Source: an uncultured Acidobacteriota bacterium
GTDB taxonomy: Bacteria; Acidobacteriota; JAQAZP01
Direction of reading: 5' to 3'
Length of the DNA: 64,000 nucleotides
NCBI GenBank assembly: GCA_963836075.1
Contig: CAWIIB010000001.1
Span: forward strand, 672,001-736,000
Under the pieces are notes generated by a model, which saw only the letters and a list, made by a program, of their open reading frames with translations, was not told the DNA's origin and did no database searches. Position numbers and translations under genes: made by a program. Shown here piece by piece: positions 22,716-31,629 of the stretch. Within the stretch, counting starts at the first letter, position 1. Each line of letters opens with the position of its first letter.

Positions 22716-25113
22716 ATGAATCATCCCCCCATACAGCGACCGCCGGCCACCGCCTGGTTCGCTCTGGGTTTCCTGGCCACCATCTGCCAGGTGCTCCTGC
22801 TCCGCGATTTTCTCGTGGTCTGCGCCGGCAGCGAACTGGGTATTGCACTACTGCTGTTCACCTGGCTCGCCGGCATCGCCGCCGGGGCCGTGATCAGCCG
22901 GCCCCTGCTGCACCGGGCCCGTGCACCCTCGGACCTGCTGCCCCTGGTGCTCATCGCCCTGGCGCTCTCCTGCCCCGTTGGACTGGTGGTGATGCGGCTG
23001 ACCGTCCTGCTGAGCACCACACCGGCCGGCGCCCTGGCCCCGCTGGGATATCTGGCCGCCGTGGCCCTGGCCGCAGTCCTGCCCCCGGCGCTGCTGGTGG
23101 GCCTCTCCTTCCCCCTGGCCTGCGCAGTGGAATCCCGGTTCATCGGGGACGGCCAGGGGGCTGCCTCCATCGGCCGGGTCTACGCGCTGGAAGCCGCCGG
23201 GAGCTTCTGTGCCGGCATGGTTCACACCTGGCTGCTGGTGTCGCTGCTCCCGGCGCTGCAGACAGCGCTGCTCGCCGCTGCCCTGCTCTGCCTCACGGTC
23301 ACCTGGTTCCGGCATCCCCGGGGCCGCACCGGCCGATGGATCGCCCTCCCCGCCGGCCTGCTGCTGCTGGTCTGCGGGCTCACCCCGTCACTGGGCGGCC
23401 GCCTGGACCAGTTGACCCTGGAAATGCGCTGGGCCGAGGTCCACCCCGGCATCGAACTGCTGGAGACGGAGGAGACGCCGTATCAGCGGCTGGCCGCCGG
23501 CCGGCTGGGTGACCAGACCGTCTTCACGGCCAACGGCTCGGTGCTGGCCTCCTACCCCGACCGGTGACGGCGCCACACTCTGGGGCCACTTCATCCTCTC
23601 CGCCCACCCCGCCCCCCGGCAGGTGCTGCTGGTGGGCGGCCTGGAGTCCGGTCTGCTGGCCGCCATGCTCCGGCACCCCGGGGTGGAGGAGATCCGCTGC
23701 CTGGTCCAGGACCCCGAACTGCCGGCCCTCTATGGCCGCTATGTGGAGGAAGGGGACCGCCAGGCCCTGGCCGATCCCCGTTTCACCCTGACCACCGGAG
23801 ACGGGCGCCGCTGGATCAACATGGCGGCGGCAGAACCGGAAACCCGGGGCAGCCTGGATTTGATCGTGATCCTGCTGCCCGACCCCACCACGGCGATGAT
23901 CAACCGCTACTACAGCCGGGAGTTTCATGCCCGGTGCCGGCGTCTGCTGCGCCCCGGAGGGGTCCTGCTCTGCCGGGTCACCGCCTCGGCCAACTATCTG
24001 GAGGACGAGGCCGGGGCACTGGCCCGTTCGGTCTACGCCACCCTGATCAGCGAGTTCCCGGAGGTGCGGGCCGCCGGCGGCGACCGGGTGATCTTCGCCG
24101 CGATAAACGGCGAACCCGGCCCCGGGTTTTTCAGGGTGGACCGCATGTTGCGGAACTATGAGGCCAGCGGCGCCGACGACCCGGGCTTCTCCCCCATGGC
24201 CTTTCACTCTCTGGTGGAGGACCAGCGGTCCCGTTTCCTGGAGCAGGAACTGGCGCTGGTTCCCGCCGAAGGGCCGGCCATGGTCAACAGCGACTGGCGC
24301 CCCCTGGCCCAGGGCCACACCCTGCGCCTCTGGAGCCGCTTCTCCGGGAACAGGCTCGACGCCTGGTTCCGCTGCCTGCTCCTCAGGCCGCTGCCGCTCT
24401 GGCCCACCGTTGCGGTCCTCCTCCTGCCGGCGCTCTGGGCCCTGGCCCCGTTGATCTCGCGCCGCCGCGGCCCTGGCAGGGTCCACCGCACATCGGTGCT
24501 GCTGGCGGTGGCCGCCGCCGGCTTTGCCGGGCTGGCCCTGGAACTGCTCTGTATCCACGTCTACCAGGGGGCCTTCGGCAACCTCTACCGCATGATCGGC
24601 AGCGTGGTAGCCCTGTTCATGCTCGGCCTGGCCCTGGGCGGGGCCACTGCGGTCCCGCTGGGCCTTCGGCTCTCCAGCAGCCCGGTTAGCAGCCTTCGCC
24701 GGGTTCTGATCGTTGGTCTGACCGGCCAGGCACTGATCGCCCTGGCAGCTCCGGCGGCGCTGGGCCTGGCCGGCGGCGGCCGATGGCTGCTCAGCGCCAG
24801 CGGCGTCCCGGAGGCCCTTGTTCTGCTGCTGGTCTGTTCGGCCGGCTGGTTCACCGGCCTGGCCCTGCCGGCGGCCGGGGGATTGCTCATCGGCCGCACC
24901 GGGCAACCCACCGGCGGCGCCTCGGCCCTGGTCAACAGTGCCGATCATCTGGGCGCCGCCGCGGCGGCCGCCCTGGTGGGTCTGATGGCCGTGCCGCGGC
25001 TGGGTGTGGCGGCCAGTTCCGGACTGCTGGCCCTGCTGACCTGCTGCTGTGCGCTGCGGCTGGCTCTGGAGGGGTGGTCGGCCGGGCGTTCCGGCCGTGA
25101 GACGCCGCGCTAG
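22716..25113 (+). CDS. membrane protein fused to a spermidine synthase-like SAM-binding domain; apparent +1 frameshift at about 23566
   Basis: TM block (QVLLLR..GSELG, YALEAAGS), ETPYQ, VLLVGG, GDGRRWI, PDPTTAMINRYYSREF, NSDWRP, C-terminal TMs. Removing G23566 gives a continuous YPDRYGATLWGHF. Confidence 0.75.
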
Positions 25114-25122
25114 CGTCCCGGA

Positions 25123-26271
25123 TCAGGACCAGACCCCGGGCAGCGGCCGCCCGCATCCGGCGCAGTTCCCTTGCTCCAGCAGCTTCTCCAGGATCCTGAA
25201 GCCCACCCGCTGGATGACCCGCTTGCCGCAGCCGGGACAATACGTCGACTCGGCGGGGTGGCCGGGGACATTGCCCACATAGGGGAAGTGCAGACCGCTC
25301 CCCAGGGCCGCGGCATGGGCCATCTCCAATGTGCTCACCGGGGTGGAGGGGAGGTTCTGCACCTTGTACATCGGGTGGAAGCGGGTGAAGTGCACCGGCA
25401 CGTCGGGGCCCAGATTGGCGGCGATCCAGCGGCACATCCGCTGCAGCTCGTCACGGCTGTCGTTCTCCGTGGGCAGGATCAGCACCACGATCTCGAACCA
25501 GATGCCGCAGCGGTGAAGCACCTTCAGCGTTTCCAGCACCGGCTCCAGCTGGCCGCTGCACATCTCGCGGTAGAACCGGTCGCTGAACGCCTTGAGGTCG
25601 ATCTTCACCGCGGAGAGCGAGCCCACCAGCTTCTCCAGCGGCTCACGGTTGATGTAGCCGTTGGAGATCATCACGCTGCCCAGACCCTCCCGCCGGGCGC
25701 GGATGGCCGTGTCGAGCATGTACTCGTAAAAAACCACCGGCTCTGAATAGGTGAAGGCGATGGAGCTGCTGTTTTCCCGGGCGGCCAGCCGCACCAGGTC
25801 CGCGGGGCCGGCCGTCTGGCTCTCTACCTGCTCCGGCCGGAACTGGGCCATCCTCCAGTTCTGGCAGAAACGGCACTCCATGTTGCAGCCCGCCGTGCCC
25901 AGGGACAGGGCGCTGCTGCCGGGCAGGTAGTGGAAGAGCGGTTTCTTCTCCACGGGATCGTTGTGCAGCGCGCAGGGCCGGGAGTGTACCAGGGTGACAT
26001 ACTCACCGCCGCGGTTCTCCCGTACCCCGCAGTAGCCCCGCTCCAGATCGGCCACCCGGCAGGCCCGGGGACAGAGGGTGCACTCCACCCGGGACTGGTC
26101 CAGCTTCTTGAAAAACTGCGCCGGCGCCACCCCGAGACGCGGGTCCTCGCTGCCCGCACCCTTCCCGCCCGTGCCCGCCGCGGCCAGTGCCGGACCGGCG
26201 CAGGCCAGGCAGGCCGTGCCCAGCATCGATTCCAGCAGCAGCCGGCGCTGTTCCAGCATCTTTCCGGCCAT
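25123..26271 (-). CDS. amrS: AmmeMemoRadiSam system radical SAM enzyme
   Basis: CTLCPRAC..GYCGVR, DPVEKKPLFH, GCNMECRFCQNW (CxxxCxxC), FTYSEP, YVGNV, CPGC; RR-containing hydrophobic N-terminus. Confidence 0.9.
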   Translation of the reverse strand: MAGKMLEQRRLLLESMLGTACLACAGPALAAAGTGGKGAGSEDPRLGVAPAQFFKKLDQSRVECTLCPRACRVADLERGYCGVRENRGGEYVTLVHSRPCALHNDPVEKKPLFHYLPGSSALSLGTAGCNMECRFCQNWRMAQFRPEQVESQTAGPADLVRLAARENSSSIAFTYSEPVVFYEYMLDTAIRARREGLGSVMISNGYINREPLEKLVGSLSAVKIDLKAFSDRFYREMCSGQLEPVLETLKVLHRCGIWFEIVVLILPTENDSRDELQRMCRWIAANLGPDVPVHFTRFHPMYKVQNLPSTPVSTLEMAHAAALGSGLHFPYVGNVPGHPAESTYCPGCGKRVIQRVGFRILEKLLEQGNCAGCGRPLPGVWS

Positions 26272-26274
26272 CGG

Positions 26275-27301
26275 TCACCCCACCTCCCGGATCCGGATCT
26301 TTCGCCGGTCCGCCTCACCCAGCCCCAAACGCCCAGCCCTGCCGATCCAGGCCGGCAGCCGCTCCTCCTCGCCCAGCGAGGGGAGGCCCAGCAGGTACAC
26401 GGCGCTCCTCGATCAGCCCGGCCCCCACCCGGTCCACGGCCACCGGGTCCAGACCGGCCAGCAGACCGCCGAAATTCCAGGCCCAGCCGGCCTGATAGGC
26501 CGGTCCGCCATGGCACTGGGCCGTGGTGCCGTCACAGACGGTGAGCCGCAGCTTCCGCCGGATCAGGGGGTGGGCCGCCAGGTCGGCCACGTAGGGGTCA
26601 CAGGCATTGTCATGGTATTTGTTCGGGTTGTGGATCACGCCGTAGAGGTTCTTCAGGCCCACCGATACCCCGGCCAGATCGTGATCCTTGAGCACACCCA
26701 CGTTGATCAACAGGTCGCACTGCTCGGTGAGGATGCGGCTGAAGCAGGACCCCACGCTGCCGCTGCTGCGGATCCGGCTTTCGTACCCCGCCGCCCGGCT
26801 GTCGGTGCCGTAGACCCGCGGTTCGCTGCCCCCGGTGTTGATGGCAAACCCGCAGCGCAACAGCTCGCGGTCGCTTCTCTCCCAGACGACGATGCGCTCG
26901 GGCGGCACTCCGGCCAGGCCCAGGCCAGCGATCAGGGCCTGCACCAGCTCCCGCCGCGGCGCAAGACGCGGGCCGGCCAGGCAGTTGAGCTTGATCCCCA
27001 CGCTCCTGTCCCGGGGGAAGAGCGCCGACCAGGCCTCGACGGTTCCGGCGGCCCCGGTGAGGGCAACCACCATTTCGCCAAGCCACCGCTGGAGCAGCGC
27101 CCGGTCCAGCGCACCGCCCGGCTCCTTGCCCACCCCTTCTCCCCGGGCCAGCAGCACCTCCCCCCGGCCCGCCACTGTGGCACTGTCCGGGTGGCCGGCC
27201 AGGGACGCGGCCGCCGGACAGCAGCCGTGGACCAGCGCACCGCCGGCCGCCAGGGCGGCAGCCCCCACGAAGCGGCGCCGCGACAGGTCAGCGATTCCCA
27301 T
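26275..27301 (-). CDS. DUF362-family protein with twin-arginine signal; apparent +1 frameshift at about 26399
   Basis: SRRRFVGAAALAAGG; VGIKLNC, LINVGVLKDH..GVSVGLKNLYG, DPVAVD. The shifted frame continues LGLPSLGEEERLPAWI...GLG to TGA 26275-26277 beside the amrS RBS. Confidence 0.8.
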
Positions 27302-28955
27302 GGTCACCGGCCCCGGAACCTTCGCCGAACACCTGGGCGGTGAAGGCATAGAGCTCGGCTCCTCGCAGGTAGGCGTCACGTTCCAGACCGGCTTTGAGAC
27401 AGAGGTTTTCGAGAAACATCTGGCGGTCCCACCCCTGCTCGGTGGGCACCTGGGGCAGGAGCAGTCCGGAGTAGAAGCCCTTGACGATGTACAGACCGTG
27501 CAGGCCCACCTGCACCTCCTCCGGGCCGGACAGTTTCTCCAGAGGCGAAAGCACCGAGATCTCGATGTGCAGCTGGGAGAGCTCATCCGGGCCCACCGGT
27601 GAAAAGCGGTTGTCGGCGGAAGCGGCGTTGACCGTGTTGTCCACCACGGTTTCCCACAGCGGTTTGCGGGCCTGGATATAGCCGATACACCCGCGCAGCC
27701 TCCCCCGTTTGTGCAGGGTGACAAAGGCCCCGCGCTGCTGGGAGAGCACCGCGGGCAGGGATGAACCCCGGCTGGCCGGCGGCCGCCGCCCTTCCAGCAC
27801 GTGCATCCTCAGGGTTTCGCGGGCCAGTCCCAGCAGCAGTTCCTCCTCAGCACGGGTCAGACCGGCTGACCCGGCCTGGTCCCTGTCCCCGGGCCCCACC
27901 GCCGGCTGCGGAGTGCCACCCTCCTCCCCGCCTTCGGCCACCGTACTGCTGCCGCCATCGTCCCGGCTGGCCTCGGGCGTTGCGCTGCGCACGGCCAGGG
28001 CCTGGTAGCTGACCACGTGCGACCAGTCCCCGCTGCCGTGGGCCGAAGTGGTGTAGTGCAGGTTGTCCAGCGAAATCTTGCCCCGGTCCCAGTTGCTGCC
28101 AAAGAGGCTGATCAGGATGCCGATGGGCCGGAAACCGCAGATGGTGGCCCCGGTCTCTTTCTGGTAGTCCAGAAAACCCTGCAGGTCCAGTTGCATAATC
28201 CGCTCCACCGCCCCGCCGTCCAGCCGGGCAAGAGAAGCTTCCACGTCGTCGGTGAACGGCAGGTAGCCGAACGAGGACCCGTAGTGCGTGAAATCGCTGC
28301 TGACCACCACCAGGGTTTCCTCGTCGCAGAGCACACGGAGGGCCGTGGCCGCTTCCGCATAGTTGCCGGCGGTCAACTCGCCCACCACCAGGGGCAGGAT
28401 CCGGAACCCGGGCCGCAGGGTGCGCTGGAGAAAGGGGAGCTGGATTTCCAGCGAGTGCTCCTGTTCGTGGGGCCCTTCCTCACGGCTGAACAGGGCCTGC
28501 CTTTCCAGGTAGCGGCAGGCGGCCTGGTCCACCTCCACCCGCCCCAGCGGTGTTTCAAAAAATGCGGAGCGGGGGATCACCAGCCCGCGGCAGCGGGTGG
28601 TGTGACTGGGGCCCAGCAGAATAACCCGCCGGATGTTTCGCCCGGCCACGGTCTTGTAAGCGTAAGCCGCGCAGCGACCGGAGTAAACATACCCGGCATG
28701 GGGGGCCACCAGCCCCACCACCCGGCCCGGTGAACCGGGGGGCGTCCCGGCTTCCTCCAGGTAGAGGTCCAGCTTGGCCCCCAGCCGGTCCGGGTCTGCA
28801 TCGTACCACGAACCGGCCAGCACGCTTGGCCGGACGCCTGCCGCACTCCCGTCAATTTCCGTCCCGCCCGCGCCCGTTGTTGATATATTCATGATCAGTG
28901 ACACCAGTAAGAAAAGGAGGAACATCCGCCCGGTCCAGACAATGGTCATATTCAC
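27288..28955 (-). CDS. amrB: fused AmmeMemoRadiSam protein B (MEMO1) and protein A (AMMECR1) with N-terminal hydrophobic segment
   Basis: AGSWY, APHAGYVYSG, GPSH, EHSLEIQLPFLQ, SSDFTHYG, TICG; C-terminal GAFVTL..LRGCIG, EISVLS, LLLPQV. Confidence 0.9.
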   Translation of the reverse strand: MNMTIVWTGRMFLLFLLVSLIMNISTTGAGGTEIDGSAAGVRPSVLAGSWYDADPDRLGAKLDLYLEEAGTPPGSPGRVVGLVAPHAGYVYSGRCAAYAYKTVAGRNIRRVILLGPSHTTRCRGLVIPRSAFFETPLGRVEVDQAACRYLERQALFSREEGPHEQEHSLEIQLPFLQRTLRPGFRILPLVVGELTAGNYAEAATALRVLCDEETLVVVSSDFTHYGSSFGYLPFTDDVEASLARLDGGAVERIMQLDLQGFLDYQKETGATICGFRPIGILISLFGSNWDRGKISLDNLHYTTSAHGSGDWSHVVSYQALAVRSATPEASRDDGGSSTVAEGGEEGGTPQPAVGPGDRDQAGSAGLTRAEEELLLGLARETLRMHVLEGRRPPASRGSSLPAVLSQQRGAFVTLHKRGRLRGCIGYIQARKPLWETVVDNTVNAASADNRFSPVGPDELSQLHIEISVLSPLEKLSGPEEVQVGLHGLYIVKGFYSGLLLPQVPTEQGWDRQMFLENLCLKAGLERDAYLRGAELYAFTAQVFGEGSGAGDHGNR

Positions 28956-29026
28956 CAGATCTTCCCCCGTTGCCCGTTGCGATCACCAGCGTAAAACATC
29001 GGCACCTGACGTGGCTTCATTTGAAT

Positions 29027-31474
29027 CTAAGTCGTTCCCCGCCCCCTGTCAACCCGTTGTCTCCAGGCGAGCAGCGACAGCAGCAGGAGCAGCGCCACGG
29101 CTGCCGCCGTAACCGCCAGGCCGGGCCGAAAACCGGGCGGCCGGTAGGTCAGTTCCACCCGGTGACGGCCCGCCCCCGGTAACGGAGCAAGGCAAAACCC
29201 GCCCAGGCCCTCCTGCAGCGCCACCGGGTGGCCGTCCACCCGGGCCGTCCACCCGGGGTCGTGGCCCTCGGTAAAGGCGAGGAGCATCCCCGGCCGCCGG
29301 ATCTCCAGTTCCGCCGCCACCCGCTGAGGCCCCCAGGCCGTGATCCGCAGCCCTTCGCCCAGGCCGGCCCCCCGGTCCAGATCGCCGCGCAGCGTATCGA
29401 CCAGGCCGGCCATCCCCTCCCCGGTCGTAAGCAGCAGTGCCTCCGCCCGGGGATACCGGCCGGCAGCGTCAGCGGAGACCGCGAAGAGCCGCGGCAGGGG
29501 CCGGGTAAGCCGGTAGAGCCGCTGCCCGGGCAGGTCCTGCTGGATCTCGACCCGGAACAGCTCATCGGGGAAGGAGAGGTCCCGGTCCATCAGCAGGTAG
29601 TCCACGCCCCAGAGGGCCAGCAGAGCCAGCTTGTCCGGAAGCCCGGCCGCGGTGAGCAGCCGTTCCCGGTGTGCCGGGTGCCGCAGTTCCATCCCGGTGC
29701 TGCCCCGGACCTGGGAGATCCCGTAGATGCCGGAGCTGTTGGGCGAGAGGTAGGCCCGCCAGACCAGGTGGGTATCCAGGGGCGTTGCCTGGGGCCGCCG
29801 GGTCACCGGGGGCCCGCCGGGACATCCGGGCAGGGTGGAACGGACGCGGGGCGGGATCCGGCAGCCCGCCGTGCCTGGCTGCTGTTGCTCCAGTATGACC
29901 CGGGCCGCCGCCGGCACACTGCTGTAAAAACCGGCAGGCGCCGTGCTGTTCAGGGGCCGATGGGCCGAGGAGAGGTCAACCGCCACCAGGATGGCCAGCA
30001 GCAGACCGGCGATGGCGGGGCCCAGCATCTTCCGCCGGGCCAGGAATCGCGTCAGGGCGGCCAGCAGCAAGAGAACCAGGGGCAGGGCCACGGCGTAACA
30101 GGAAGCGTCCCCGCGCGTGCCGCCGGCCCAACCGGCCATGCCGAGGAGAGCCAGTGGCAGCAGCAGCGCTGTCAGTTCGGCAGCCAGTGGCGGCAGCCGG
30201 GGGGGCGGCAGCGGGTCTCCGTAAAGGTCCCGGCACCCCAGGGCGGCCAGCAGCGGCAGCGCCAGACTGGTGAGAAAGACAAATTTCTCCGGGTAGCGGA
30301 ACCAGCCGGCTCCGGGGATAACTTTGAACAGTGCGGCGGTGAGGGGAAAGGCGTCTCCCAGGGCCAGCAGCAGCCCGGCTCCGGCTGCGGCCAGCAGCGC
30401 CAGTCGCAGGACGAGCATTCTGCGCCCGGCCAGCAGACCGGCCAGCGCCAGATAGAGCACCACCGCCCCCTGGTAGATGCTGATCAGCCAGGGCACCCGG
30501 CCGCCGGGAAAGGATTTGAAATAGTCCGGGGCCGCCGGGTCACCCAGACGCCGGGGAGCGCCGATGTTCTGCAGATTCTCGGGCTGGAGCGAGTAGGCGG
30601 CAGCCTCCTCCGTCTCCAGGCCGCCGCCGGAGCGGATCGACCGGCCGGCCATTTCCACGGTGGGCAGGACCTGGAAAGCGGTGAGGCCAGCGGCCAGCAG
30701 GACGGCGCCCCCCACCAGCAGGGGACCGCGCCACACCGCTGCCCCAGCCGGCCGTTCAAACGGCAGAACGGCAAGGACAAGGGCGGCGGCCAGGGTCAGC
30801 GCCGTCACCTCCACACCTCCGCCCAGCAGTTGGCAGGCCACCGCCAAAGAGGTGAAGACCATGCCGCTGAGCGGCCGTCCCCGCAGCAGCGCCAGGACGG
30901 CCACCAGGACCAGTGGGGCCCAGGCCGCCGACTGGAGGTTGTTCAACTGCGAAACCGAGGAGACCAGATACCCGCCACAGGCAAAGGCGGTCCCGGTGAG
31001 ACAGCAGACCCAGAGAGCGGCGCGCAGCAGGGAACGGGCCAGCAGGGCGGCCGACAGAAAGGCCAGCAGAAAATGGAAGGCGACGAACAGCTTGAGCCCG
31101 GCCTGGAACGATGTGCCAAGGATGAAGAGCAGAGAAGGCGGATAGGCCACACCTGGCTGCAGGGAGGCGAAGAACGGCACACCGCACCCCAGGTGGGGTT
31201 GCCACAAGGGGAAGGTGCCGCTGTCCAGCGACTGGGCCAGGAAGAGTTTCTGGGGGTAGAAGAAGGGATGGAAGTCGCGGAGATAGAACTGGCCATCACC
31301 GAGGAAGAGTGCGGGGAAGGTGAGGAAGAAGACCGCGACGGAGAAGAGCAGCCAGACCGTCCAGCGCCGGCCGCCCCCTTGCCGGAGGGCCTGTCCTCCC
31401 GCCGGCTCTTCGTTCCTTGTCACAGTGGATTCCCCCCACGGATGGTAGTGATCTGCCGGCCCTGATGTTTTCAT
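29027..31474 (-). CDS. YfhO-like multi-pass membrane glycosyltransferase
   Basis: RD...FYP, FPLWQP..GCGVPF..QPGVAYP, FRYPEKF, C-terminal PGWTARVDG...G.HRVELTYRP then a TM. Confidence 0.75.
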   Translation of the reverse strand: MKTSGPADHYHPWGESTVTRNEEPAGGQALRQGGGRRWTVWLLFSVAVFFLTFPALFLGDGQFYLRDFHPFFYPQKLFLAQSLDSGTFPLWQPHLGCGVPFFASLQPGVAYPPSLLFILGTSFQAGLKLFVAFHFLLAFLSAALLARSLLRAALWVCCLTGTAFACGGYLVSSVSQLNNLQSAAWAPLVLVAVLALLRGRPLSGMVFTSLAVACQLLGGGVEVTALTLAAALVLAVLPFERPAGAAVWRGPLLVGGAVLLAAGLTAFQVLPTVEMAGRSIRSGGGLETEEAAAYSLQPENLQNIGAPRRLGDPAAPDYFKSFPGGRVPWLISIYQGAVVLYLALAGLLAGRRMLVLRLALLAAAGAGLLLALGDAFPLTAALFKVIPGAGWFRYPEKFVFLTSLALPLLAALGCRDLYGDPLPPPRLPPLAAELTALLLPLALLGMAGWAGGTRGDASCYAVALPLVLLLLAALTRFLARRKMLGPAIAGLLLAILVAVDLSSAHRPLNSTAPAGFYSSVPAAARVILEQQQPGTAGCRIPPRVRSTLPGCPGGPPVTRRPQATPLDTHLVWRAYLSPNSSGIYGISQVRGSTGMELRHPAHRERLLTAAGLPDKLALLALWGVDYLLMDRDLSFPDELFRVEIQQDLPGQRLYRLTRPLPRLFAVSADAAGRYPRAEALLLTTGEGMAGLVDTLRGDLDRGAGLGEGLRITAWGPQRVAAELEIRRPGMLLAFTEGHDPGWTARVDGHPVALQEGLGGFCLAPLPGAGRHRVELTYRPPGFRPGLAVTAAAVALLLLLSLLAWRQRVDRGRGTT

Positions 31475-31529
31475 AACCGGACCCGCGGTTCAAGACCCGA
31501 CGGCCTATTCTGATTCCTGGTCTTCACAT

Positions 31530-31570
31530 AAAAAAGACCCGGAAGCACTGCGAGCAGCAACTTCCGGGCC
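31530..31570 (-). terminator. intrinsic terminator
   Basis: Minus strand GGCCCGGAAG...CTTCCGGGTC followed by TTTTTT. Confidence 0.7.
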
Positions 31571-31629
31571 TCTGGAAATCAATCAACCGGAGGCCGCCGC
31601 GAGGCGGCCCCCGTCAGTCCCTGACCGGG

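Noticed and set aside
23565-23567. TGA between the two halves of the spermidine synthase-like gene as a second selenocysteine
   Set aside because: The downstream half is in a different frame, so read-through gives no sensible protein. A 1-nt indel explains it.
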